Shown: positions 38,057 to 49,011 of the stretch, one piece after another
Layout of the letters: each line of letters opens with the position of its first letter
Numbering within the stretch: position 1 is the stretch's first letter
NCBI GenBank assembly: GCA_038087875.1
Contig: CM075993.1
Span: forward strand, 4,774,001-4,838,000
DNA: 64,000 nt
Reading direction: 5' to 3'
Source: Malacoraja senta
Lineage: Eukaryota
Program-made: the position numbers and the translations under genes
Notes under the pieces: model-generated
Told to the model about the DNA's origin: nothing
What the model saw: the letters and a program-made list of their open reading frames with translations, nothing else
Databases searched by the model: none

Positions 38057-38770
38057 ATGGGTGCACCCACAACACCGCACCTTAGAACTGCCGCTGCCCG
38101 CCAGGCTCTTGCTCTTGCCCCCATACGAGGATCCCGAGCTGCCGCTGCCGCTGCCGCTGCCAGATATCTCGCGTTCGTCTCCTCCGGGCCCCAGTTTAGG
38201 CCCCGGCCTGTCCCGGGGCTCGGCGCCGGCGCCGGCTCCAGCCTTGTTCTGCCCGCTCCTCTCACACCCGTCGCCGCCGCCCAGCAACGCGGCTTTCAGC
38301 CCGGGCGCCAAATACTCGCGCCGCCTCCGACCCTCGCTCCTCGGCTCTTTGAACATGTCCTATCAGTTGTTGTTCCTTTAAGCTTTACATAAATATATAT
38401 ATATTTTTTTATAAATCGTTGTTTTTTTCGAAATTTCCCCTCGGTTACAATAACAAACAGCGTTCGGCCATTGACAGCTGCGCATCCAAACTTGACGTCG
38501 GGAACCAGCTCCCTGATTGACGTCGGCTTGGCCAATCGCGGCGCAGTGCGTCTCCAACGTGGCGGGTCGCCCCCCGGCACCGTCCAATCGGGTCCCGGGA
38601 TGTGGGCGGGACTAGGCGTGCGTCATGTTTGGTTGCACCGGCAGCATCGCCCGCTGTCAAGCAACGCTCCTCAAGCGCGCGCTCCCATTGGTCACATCGG
38701 GGTCAGCCTGCCCGGCGGGCCATGTGGCTGCCCCATTCAAACTAGAGGCGGGAAACAAGGGGTGACTGTG
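38050..38770 (-). promoter_or_regulatory. SCAPER CpG-island promoter
   Basis: CpG-rich in an AT-rich background. CRE-like TGACGTCG at 38493 and 38518, CCAAT/ATTGG at 38532, 38584 and 38687, GC box near 38604, E2F-type GGCGGGAAA at 38747. Confidence 0.85.
38081..38356 (-). CDS. SCAPER: SCAPER exon 1, putative coding part (92 aa, Gly/Ser-rich N-terminus MFKEPRSEG...SGSSK)
   Basis: Lies in a CpG island. ATG (ggacATGt) is preceded by in-frame TGA TAG. The 276-nt open frame ends at AAG|gtgcgg, a phase-0 donor that joins in frame to the ASFQRSNSH exon. Coding status is inferred. Confidence 0.6.
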
Positions 38771-38845
38771 GTAGTGGTGGCAATGTGTGAAGGCGTGCAA
38801 CAGCAAGGCACTTGGAAACTAGTAAATAGAAGCAGACAAAATGTT

Positions 38846-39420
38846 TAAGAAGGAACTGCAAAATCGAAGGTACACAAAAATGCTGGAGAAACTCAGCGGG
38901 TGCAGCAGCATCTATGGAGCGAAGGAAATAGGCAACGTTTCGGGCCGAAACCCTTCTTCAGACAAAATGTTCTTTTCTCCAGAGATGCTGTCTGACCCGC
39001 TGTGTTAATCCAGGTTTTTGTGTCTATTCTTAGGAACTGCAGATAGACAAAAGCCTTTGGACAAAAGTGCTGGAGAAACTCAGCGGGTGAGGCAGCATCT
39101 ATGGAGCGAAAGAAATGGGCAACGTTTCGGGCCAAACCCCTTCTTCAGACTGAACTGCAGATGCTGGTTTACACCGAAGATAGGCGCAAAATGCTGGAGT
39201 AACTCAGCGGGCAAGGCCACATCTCTGGACAGAAGGAATGGGCAATGTTTCGGGTCAAGGCCCATTCTTCAGATGAAGGATCTCGACCCGAAATGTTGCT
39301 CATTCCTTCTCTCCAGAGATGCTGCTTGTCTCGCTGAGTTACTCCAGCATTTTGTGTCTAAATAGAAACAGAAGTCGACAACAAAAGGTACAAAGTGCTG
39401 GAGTAACTCCAGCTGCCCGA
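38846..39420. mobile_element. Nest of several Penelope pseudo-LTR elements
   Basis: TSDs CAGACAAAATGTT (38833 and 38959) and GAACTGCAGAT (~39034 and ~39152); both orientations. Confidence 0.8.
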
Positions 39421-41774
39421 AGAATAATTCCAGCTGCCTGGGGTGGAGGGAGGGGGCGCCAAGAGAACAAAGAGGGACCATTGTGGACTCTTTGCATACT
39501 TGTGTATGCAAAACAAATAATCTCACTCTGACATGTCGCATATGATAATAAAGTTTCATTCATTTATTCATTCATTTAGTCAAGAATCCTGACCCAAAAC
39601 GTCATCTAGTCACGAGTGTTTTACGGAACAATGAAAATCTTACTTGCAGCAGTACGACAGATATGTGAACATAGTACTCTGTAAACACTATAATAAACAA
39701 CAACAAAAGTTCAGTATATAAAAACAAACAAGCAATAATAGTGGAAAGACAAAAGCAAATCACCCCTAAAGTCTATGTAGTTCTGAGCTTATTTGAAGAT
39801 TTAGTGTTTGATAGCTTGATGGTTGTTGGGAAGAAGCTGCTCCTGAATCTGCACATTACAGTTTTCATGCTCCTATACCTTCTTCCTGATGGCAGGAGTG
39901 AAATGAGAGCATGGTGTGGGTCTCTGATGATGCTGCTTGCCTTTTTGACGCTGCAACTCTAGATCCCTTCGATGGTGGGGAGGTCAGTACCCGTGATGGC
40001 CGAGGCAGTGTTCAACACCTATCTATGCTGTAATATTGTGCAAAAAAAAACAACACAAAAAGTCAGGCAGCATCTGTGGAGGAAAATAGATAGACAATAT
40101 TTTGGGTCGGAACCTTCAAGATTGTAGTAGACTGTAATAAAGGGGAGAGAGCTGATTGGTGGTGGTCAGGGGAAAGGGTGGGATAGGCAGACAAGTGAAA
40201 GGTAGATCCAGGTAAGGAGGGGTTGAATTGCCCGAGTCGGGAGGGGGAGAGAAGGGTAGACACCAGCGCCAAGGCTGGAGGTGCTAGGTAGAGAAGACAA
40301 TGAGCTGCAGACGGTGGAATCTGACAAGGAAGGTGAGGATTGAAATGTAGAAGCAGAGGGAAGGATACACAGGGAATGGGGAAAAGTAGAAATAGAGAAC
40401 TCAGAGTGAGTAGTAGTGGAGGTTGCCTCCCTGTGCTACTGGGTCAGTCGTGGTACCACAATCCTAGCCCTAGTTCCACTCACTAAAGAACCATCCTCCT
40501 CACCAATATCTGATCGGGGAAATTTCATTTATGGTCATCTGTCCATTTTTCTCCACAAATACTGCCTGACCCATTAAATTCTTCAGGCACTTTGTTTTAC
40601 TGCCCAGAATTCCAGCATTTACAGTCTCTTGTCTCTCTTCTCTTTTTACATCAATGTTATCTTTCATTAAGTTAAAGATCTTCCAGTAATAGTTGATGTT
40701 TGTCTCTGGGAACAGCCTGGTCCTTGTTATGCAGCTGCATAAGATGAATCTTTACAAAGACCACATCATCTCTATCCAGACATTTTGGCAGACACACGTT
40801 CTATAAAGAGATGGATGAGGGCAGTGGGATGGAGACTTTGGCTGTCAATAATGGATCAGAAGGGGAGTGTCCTCTTTAGCCAAGCGGATCTTGGTGTTTG
40901 TTTCAGATTTCTTGTGATGAAATCATCTCCCAAATGTCTGTGGCAAACATCCCTGGGAACCGTCCAACAGGATCCACTGTCTCTTTCCCCAACAAAGCCT
41001 CTAGAAATTACGTGCACACCACTGCCTGATCCATTACTCTTCTACTGTATGAGGGACAGATACAACAAAATGAAATCTTCCATGACAACAAGTCCAAGCA
41101 CATTCTTCTCAACACAGGGCTCGTTGATATCATGATTAGGTCAAATGCTGCTTTAATGTCAAGGGAAATTAATCTGATCTAATCTCTTGAATTCAATGCA
41201 CAGTGGTTCAATGGCGAAGTGCTTGTTCACAGCGACATGCTTGTCCTGTAGCCTTTTCATCCATGTTTGGACCGACTATAAAATAGAATGATGCTGTCCA
41301 TCCAGGTTATGAAAAGGGCTCAATAAATGCACATATTTATGGACCAACATTAACAAATTATATATATATATACACGGTAAATACCGTACACACAGTATAC
41401 ACTAAAATACTGATTGTAAAGTATTTCTGTTAATGCTATGAATTTGCCATGGAAATACAAATATAGACGGGTTAAGTATTACATCCTGTGGACCCTTGCG
41501 CAAGTTGGATGTCGCCTAAGTCGAAAAGGAAGTGCTACTGTGCACGCGTAAATATACTATTCGACATGGAGACCAAGGGGGAGCTCCGGCACGTGGGAGC
41601 TCTGATGTGGGTCAACGTAAGAGCTCTGATGCGGAGACCTTGGGGGAACTCTGATCAGGAGACCACGGGGAAGCACCCGCGCAGAAACCACATGGGCATC
41701 AGTGGGCTTAAATAATTGCTTACATAAGTGAGAGTTTATGTATGTCACCTATTACATAAGTCGGGGAGTGCCTC

Positions 41775-42695
41775 TTTAAATACCAACGTGAACATATTCA
41801 CAAGAATACCACTATAAAGACCATGCCATAGGACTAGAATTACGCCTTTCGGCCATCAAATCTATTCTGTAAGTCAATCATGGCTGATCTATTTTTTCCC
41901 TCTCAACCCATGCTCCTGCTTTCATCTCATAACCTTTGGCACTGTTACCAATCAAAAAAGTATGACTGTAAAAAAACAAACCTTTATTGAGATTTAGGTT
42001 TGGTTTAAATACCAGAGTGAACATTATTCACAAGAATACCACAGCAAAAAGAATACTTTAATTGAGATTTTGGTTTATAGGTTTAAATACAAGAGTGAAC
42101 AATATTCACAAGAATACCACTGCAAAAAGATTACTTTAATTGAGATTTAGGTTTATAGGTTTAAATACAAGAGTGAACATTATTCACAAGAATACCACTG
42201 CAAAAAGATTACTTTAATTGAGATTTAGGTTTATAGGTTCAGGCTATTAAACTTGGCTCGGACAAAACTCTGAACATTAATAGCCCATTATCTGTTATTT
42301 GCACTTTATCAGTTTATTTATTCATGTGTTTGTATACGTATATAATGGTATATGGACACACTGATCTGTTTTGTAGTCAATGCCTACTATGTTCTGTTGT
42401 GCTGAAGCAAAGCAAGAATTTCATTGTCCTATCAGGGACAAATGACAATAAACTCTCTTGAATCTTCAATCTTGAATACCCGCATGAACATTATTCATAG
42501 GAATACCATTGCGAAAATAATAGTTTAATAGAGATTTAGGTATATAGGTTTAAATACCAGAATGGACATTATTCATAAGAATACCGCACTTTAAACTGGC
42601 CAGTTTAAATTCCATTTGGAATATTTTGGAGGACCAAGAATCCAAGAACCAACCAACCAAGAACACGATACTTTAATTGAGATTTAGGTTTTGGA
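41775..42695. repeat. 78-bp minisatellite (about 6 full or partial units) interrupted by LINE-tail insertions
   Basis: gtttaaatac recurs at 42003, 42081 and 42159; further units near 41776, 42476 and 42548. Confidence 0.85.
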
Positions 42696-42719
42696 CATTG
42701 GTTTTCTACTGTGTAAATT

Positions 42720-42880
42720 GGTTGCTGCCTCCATTCGGTCCTCCAGCGACTGCGCCCCCTGCGCGTCTCCAGGGCGAGATGCGGCCGGAAATGACGGCGG
42801 GAGCGCGCGGCGCGGACAGCAGTCGGCGAGCTGTCGGTTGAAGCGAGGAGGGCGGCTGAGGTAAGATGGAGGGGGCGGCG
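42720..42880 (+). promoter_or_regulatory. RCN2 CpG-island promoter and probable non-coding exon 1 (donor after 42860)
   Basis: Small CpG island with ETS/CRE-like CCGGAAATGACG at 42785-42796 and a strong donor GAG|gtaaga. It is the nearest CpG island upstream of the first coding exon, which has its own acceptor. Confidence 0.75.
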
Positions 42881-43410
42881 GTCTGGTCTGGTCGGGTCTG
42901 GTCTGGTCAGATTTTGTCAGTTCTGGTCAGATCTGATTTGGCCAGGTCTGTTCTGGACGGGTCGGGTCTGGATTTGGTCAGGACTGGCCAGGTCTGATCT
43001 GGTCGGGACGGGTCGTGTCAATTCTGGACAGGTCTGGTCTGGAGTTGGTCAGGCCAGTTCTGGTCCGATCTGATTTGGTCAGGTCTGTTCTGGACGGGTC
43101 GGGTCTGGATTTGGTCAGGACTGGCCAGGTCTGATCTTGTCAGGTCTGATCTGGTCGGGACGGGTCGTGTCAGTTCTGGACAGGTCTGGTCTGGAGTTGG
43201 TCAGGACAGGTCTGGTCTGGAGTTGGTCAGGCCAGTTCTGGTCCGATCTGATTTGGTCAGGTCTGTTCTGGACGGGTCTGGTCTGGACTGGCTAGTTCTG
43301 GTCAGTTCTGAACAGGTCTAGATTTGACCAGGTCAGTTCTGGTCTGATATGGCCAGGTCTGGTCTAGGTCGGTTCTGATCAGATCTGGCCAAGTTTGGAT
43401 CAGGTCTGGT
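42881..43410 (+). repeat. Degenerate pentamer satellite (GGTCT/GGTCA/GATCT/GTTCT) with higher-order repeats
   Basis: Seen directly; continues to ~43560 after a Penelope LTR insertion. Confidence 0.9.
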
Positions 43411-43515
43411 CTGAAGAAGGGTCTCGACCCGAAACGTCACCCATTCCTTCTCTCCAGAGATGCTGCCTGTCCCGCTGAGTTACTCCGTATCTTTGCATTT
43501 TGTATCTATCTTCAG
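43408..43515 (+). mobile_element. Penelope pseudo-LTR with hammerhead core, sense to RCN2 intron 1
   Basis: CTGAAGA 43411-43417, stem II GGGTCTCGACCC 43419-43430, GAAACGTC 43431-43438. Confidence 0.8.
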
Positions 43516-44694
43516 TTCAGGTCGAGTCCGGATTAGATCTGGTCTGGTCAGGTCAGGTCTCAAGCGTAAGGAAGAAGACTTACCTCAACCACCTTGCCCC
43601 CTCTGGAACTCCTTACCTCCTTCAGATCGGAGGTAACACGAGCTGGAGAGGCAAAGGAGTAAGATCGTGGTTCACCCGCCAATAGTTACTGAATCCCCAA
43701 CATTAATCCAACAATTTCCCCGCAAAAAAAACAACCGTATTTTGCCACAAAATGTCTTTCTCGTTTAAGAAATGTCATTTTAAAAACAGTTGTAATAATT
43801 TTTGAGTATATGTAATGTTTCCAGGTGCGAGCTTGCAGGTTATTTCTGTAAATACTAAAACAAATGTTTATTTCTGTACCCATTCTTAGAATAAGAATTC
43901 ACATGGAGTTGTATTCTTATCTTTCGCATTAGATATCTGTTGTAACTTTTGGCAGATGTCCCATCTTCTGCAATGTTGTGAAATGTGTACCTTATGTAAT
44001 ATACAGTGTTTCGAGCCATGGAATGTAAAATATTTACAGTTGTGATATGTGCAGAGCAACAATATATATTGTGTAGGAAGGAACTGCAGATGCTGGTTTA
44101 AACTGAAGATAGACACAAAAAGCTGGAGTCACTCAGCAGGTCAGACAGCATCTCTGGAGAAAAGGAATATGAGACTTTTCGGGTCGAGACCCTTCTTCAG
44201 ACTGTACTGACAACTGTACATAGAAAGACAACTCTTAACTCGTCACTAAACTTGCTTCAGGACTGAATGGCTCCAGGTTGAACAATTATTTCATCTGTCA
44301 AACTCTATGGATCAAATAATACATTTTTCAGCATATGTTAAAGCAAGTGCCTGGTATAAATTTGCTTTTTTGATATTGACATTCAGAAACTACAGTTGCT
44401 ACTTTCAGTATATTGTTTTACTTGTAATGGGGGTTTTGTGCCTGTACAAAAGGTGGCATATAAAAAGTTTGTACAGAAAGTTTAGTACATGTGACTGACA
44501 TTGTACAATAACACAATGACAGTTTGAAATAAAGGTTATGAAACATCTCTGCTTGGGGGATCAGCTGTTTTCCACTGTCAGGAAGGAAGGGGAAATCTAC
44601 CAGTACCAACCAGAAATCTACCAGTTTTCTAAACATCAGTTCTAATTGGCTTAAAAATCCACCTTTTTACATTTAAGATCGTCCCCATAAAGAG

Positions 44695-44905
44695 TCACAA
44701 GATGCTGGAGTAACTCAGCAGGACAGGCAATATCTCTGGAGAGAAGGCACGGGTGATGTCTCGGGTCTCGATTCTTCTTCTGACCGAAGATTGTCACCCG
44801 AAACGTCACCCATTCCTTCTCTCCAGAGATGCTGCCTGTCCTGTTGAGTCACTCCAGCATTTTGTGTCTACTGTGTAAACCAGCATTCGCAGTTCTTTTG
44901 TACAC
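44695..44905. mobile_element. Fold-back Penelope pseudo-LTR element
   Basis: Inverted arms; CATAAAG flanks both sides. Confidence 0.75.
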
Positions 44906-46284
44906 CTACATAAAGTGTTACTTCAACATCACTTATATTGAGCATTCATAATTATACCACAGGATAACTAGCTGCAGCTGTCTATGCCTGAGGATTCACA
45001 TTTCAGTAGCAATTGGAGCTTTCAGATGAGAAGAGGAAAAACGATAAAATGACTTTATTTTGGTCAATCACCATAAAGAGAAATAGGTGTAATTTATTAA
45101 CATTAGATTATAATTTAAAATGATTGAGGGAGGCATGAATGTATAGCATATTTACAATTTTTGTATGATTTTTTTAAGAACATTGCCATGTTCAGTTTTC
45201 AGCTCTAAATGGTGAATAATAGTTGCGAATAACACAGTTTTGAGTTGAATGCTAAAATTCATATTCTCCAACTTTGCTGATAATACAGAAATATAAATTG
45301 GATTTCCACACCAAACATACACTTGGCTCACAATTTGGTCTTGTGCTTGAGGTATATAACTTGGCAGTTCTTCAGGGCAAACAATCAATCTTCTTTTCAT
45401 TGGGCCAAGTCTTTTGAACCTGGTGGAAATTACCATTGTGAAAAATCATGTAGTTGTTACTGAATTTATTCTGAATTGCAAGTGTAAAAACCAGCAGCTG
45501 TCATTACAGGTGAACCAGACCATTTACTCCCCAAAATTAAGATCAAAATCCTCTTCCATATTCCCGATGGAGATGGATAGACTTCATCCTGTTACTCCAT
45601 CTAAACTCCAATTACAAAGTTTGAAATGGGCATTATTTCCATTTTTGAATGCTCAGCTTTAAAATGCTTGTTGCACTTTAAAATAAACATGAAAAGAACA
45701 TAGCTGGAGTCAAGCTGACTAATTACAGGTTATTTAAGGAGGAGTTCCCTGAATTTTATACAGATTCCAAAGAACTTTTGTTTGTGTTCCTGAGACAATA
45801 GTCACTTAATAATGCAAAGTAAATTCGTTTTTCACGCTATATATTTGTTTTTCAAAGTACACTTTACCTGTCTTTTCTTACTTTATTCTTGTACGTGGAC
45901 TGTAATCCGTGTATGTATTTTGTTTCCTAAACCAATCTAAATTGTATGCAAAAAAAGGCAGCTCTTCAAACATGAAATTTGCAAACTCCGATAGTCCAGT
46001 CTCGAAAATGTTCAAGAACAGGCTATATATTTTTTCCATGTATTCCTTTCTCCATGTTCCCTAGTGAATTATCAATTAGAGAGTTGGATAATGTAATTTG
46101 TATTCCATTAGTTAGTAAACTGGACTGGTAAGAGATGAGGTAAGAGACTGGTAAAAGTCGTGGTGAGGGACATTGTTTATAATAGTTGTTGGAAATGATT
46201 AGGATAAATGAATTCTACATGTGAAATAACACATTTTATTTTTTTCCTCAGCTATTTACAAGACTGAAGTTACCTTGACAGAAG

Positions 46285-46434
46285 ATGCAGTTTCAAGTGT
46301 TTGTCAGCTCTACTTTTGTTGTGCTGTGCTTTGCTCATGTTCATCATAAACACGAGCAAAGTCTTACTGATGGCCACTATTTGGATGGTGAGCATAATCC
46401 AGAGTTCGATAGGGATGCGCTTTTTGGCGGAGAG
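46285..46434 (+). CDS. RCN2: RCN2 first coding exon (signal peptide MQFQVFVSSTFVVLCFA…FDRDALFGGE)
   Basis: Acceptor tttttcctcag ends at 46251. gaagATG start, hydrophobic leader, CREC-family FDRDALFG motif, GAG|gtagga donor. Confidence 0.92.
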
Positions 46435-47997
46435 GTAGGAAATTCTATTTTGTTCTGTTTACTTGTTTCAAATCAAAGAGGGACATAGTGTAATATGCAT
46501 TACTTAATGATGTTAATTTCAAATCTATCTTTGTCTTTTCAAAATTTTCCTCATTTTCTTTCACTAAATGACACCTTCATTGATATACAAGAAAGAAGAG
46601 ATTGCTTGAGAATCTTGATGCTAAAACATTCAAGACAAAATCTGAAAATTTGTCCTTTCACAAATTTATGACAACAGAAATAGATGAGAATCAGTTCTAA
46701 AAGGAGAAATTTTAGATAGCTTTTTACTTTGTTTTCGTAAATAGATTGAGGCATCAATTGCCTTGATTTTGTGTATTTGACTTGCATTGGACAAAATTGG
46801 GGAATTAAAATTCATATTTATCTAATTGCTATTATTTAGAAAGGGACCTTTCTATCTTGATCTCAACATGTTAAAGAGTGCTCAGCAAATACCAAATCTG
46901 TGAGACCAAGATGTACATTCAACGCAATGAAGCACAGTAAAGTGTTACAACTTTATAATGGGAATTTCACCACACTGATCTTAGTTCTTAAACTATCATT
47001 TGATCCTGGAACTTCAGAAGTATTAAACTAGATTAGAATGGAGACACAAAGAACTACAGATGCTGGCATCTTGAGCAAAGCGCAAAATGCTAGATTAGGC
47101 AGCAGCTGTGGAGGGAATGGACAGGCAACGTTTTGGATAGGAACCTTCTTGACTCTGAAGAAGGGTTCCAACCCGAAATGTCGACTGTCCGTTCCCACCA
47201 CAGATGCTACCTGACCCGCTGAGTTCCTCCAACACCATGTTTTGCTCATATTGGATTAGAGGTTTACTAACCTACTTGGAGACATAGTGGGAATCAGGTG
47301 CAATTAGCAACTTGGTGGAGATGAAGGACTCAGGTCATAATGATATTGTTTTGCTTTGGTAAAATTCGTAGTAACTTAGTGAATGAATGAGACAAAAATT
47401 TAACCATACAAGATGCTGGACTGTTCTGCAAGTATAGTATTGTCCTTCAAGAATAGAAACCTGATATTCCTAAGGAATCTCCAGTTGTGTTCTATATAGT
47501 TTATTCTTAGCAAACTCTGAACAGGTGTCATTAAGCCAAGGCAACTAAGGATCAAGAATAAATATCCTTGACAACTTTACGCACATACCAATTATCAAGA
47601 AAGTGTGAACTGGTCAATGTTAATTTAGTAATTCTGTTGCTTTTGTCATGTTCTGATCACTGTACTGTTAATCTGCCTGTGAGAAATACTTTTTCCAGAA
47701 TTAATACCAATCAATCAATCATTTAGTTAAACCATTACTGTCCAATTTCCACTTTGTGCCCCAACTTCTCCATTCCACTTTTAGGTTTTTTTTCCCATAC
47801 ACTGAAATCACTGAGTTAATATCAACTCCACTCTGATGAAAACCCACACTTTTTGAAGCTCAAATGTAAAGTATCAATTATTTGTATATTTCACAGACTT
47901 CTGATGAATTCCATTCTTGCTTTTGCTCACAGATAAAATGATTGTCAGAGCTTTTGTTCAAAATAATCTATGTGTGTAATGTATTTTTCTTACCCAG

Positions 47998-48103
47998 AAT
48001 GATGCAGGTGAATTTGCTAAACTGAAACCTGAGGAGCAGAAATACCGGCTTAAATCCCTCATCAGGAAGATGGATGCAGATTCAGATGGCTACATAACCA
48101 AAG
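47998..48103 (+). CDS. RCN2: RCN2 coding exon 2 (EF-hand 1 DADSDGYITKDE)
   Basis: cccag acceptor and G|gtgcaa donor, 106 nt, NDAGEFAKLKPEEQKYRLKSLIRKMDADSDGYITK. Confidence 0.95.
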
Positions 48104-48431
48104 GTGCAAAACTGGTTAATTACCAATCTTATAATGAGCTCTGAAGACTTATTTTTTTAATGCAAAAACAAAGTTCATGGTTGAAGTAAATATCTTATGT
48201 GAAGTTATACTGTAACAGTCTGAAACTGTTGCTAGTACATCAGGCCTGTACACTTGATTGTCCATGGCACTTCACTTAACAGGTGGATGTCTTGTACACA
48301 GAGTTCTTTGAAAGCAAAGAAATTGCAACTATGGTGAAAGTTCTGAATGTAAAATAAGGCAATGTTAGAACAAAATACAATTCAAAATGAGAGGCTGCAC
48401 TTTCTTTACAGAGCACTCTTGTTTGCCACAG

Positions 48432-48628
48432 ATGAGCTCAGTGCATGGATCCAGCAATCATTCAGACATTATGCCACAGAAGAGAGCAAAGAACAATTTC
48501 CTGAGCATGATCTGGATGGTAATGGAGTTCTTAGTTGGGAAGAGTATAATATTCATAGTTATGACCGAATGCTGAATTATGATGAGAATACCCCACTGGA
48601 AGATGAAGAGGAAGAATCGCTCAGACAG
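48432..48628 (+). CDS. RCN2: RCN2 coding exon 3 (EF-hand 2 DLDGNGVLSWEE)
   Basis: cacag acceptor and CAG|gtgaac donor, 197 nt, ELSAWIQQSFRHYA…EEESLRQ. Confidence 0.97.
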
Positions 48629-49011
48629 GTGAACATAGGACCCATGTCTAATTCAGATTTCATGCTCAATACAGTTTTCAAACTTCTATTAATATCTAAT
48701 GTACAGGGTTACTGACTAAGATACAAAATGAAAGTTGTAAATTGGTATTTTTTAGTTCATATAGTTACTTCTGAGTTATTTTAAATAAACGGTACTTACG
48801 TGGGATGGACCAGATAATCTTATTGAAAACATTTTTTTGTAGCAGAACTTAATTTCAGCAGTAATATTAAAACTGCATCAGTTACCACATTCATTTATCT
48901 GTTTTTTAAAATAATTGGGGAAATCAAGAAAAGCTCTAGATGAGACTAGTTGTATCTCTTTGTGAAAGATTTTAAATATTTAGACAATTAATCTAAGCAG
49001 AAATTTGAACC

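Noticed and set aside
37783-38848. Several overlapping 70-160-aa ORFs on both strands
   Set aside because: Expected stop-codon scarcity in a GC-rich island. Only the 38356 frame has a splice donor in phase with SCAPER.
41460-41775. Possible Tigger/mariner-like MITE remnant
   Set aside because: Only one end resembles a terminal inverted repeat, and I could not confirm paired TIRs or a TA TSD.
41775-42695. Regularly spaced repeats with a palindrome, superficially CRISPR-like
   Set aside because: The whole 78-bp unit repeats with no unique spacers, no cas genes are present, and the context is vertebrate. It is a minisatellite.
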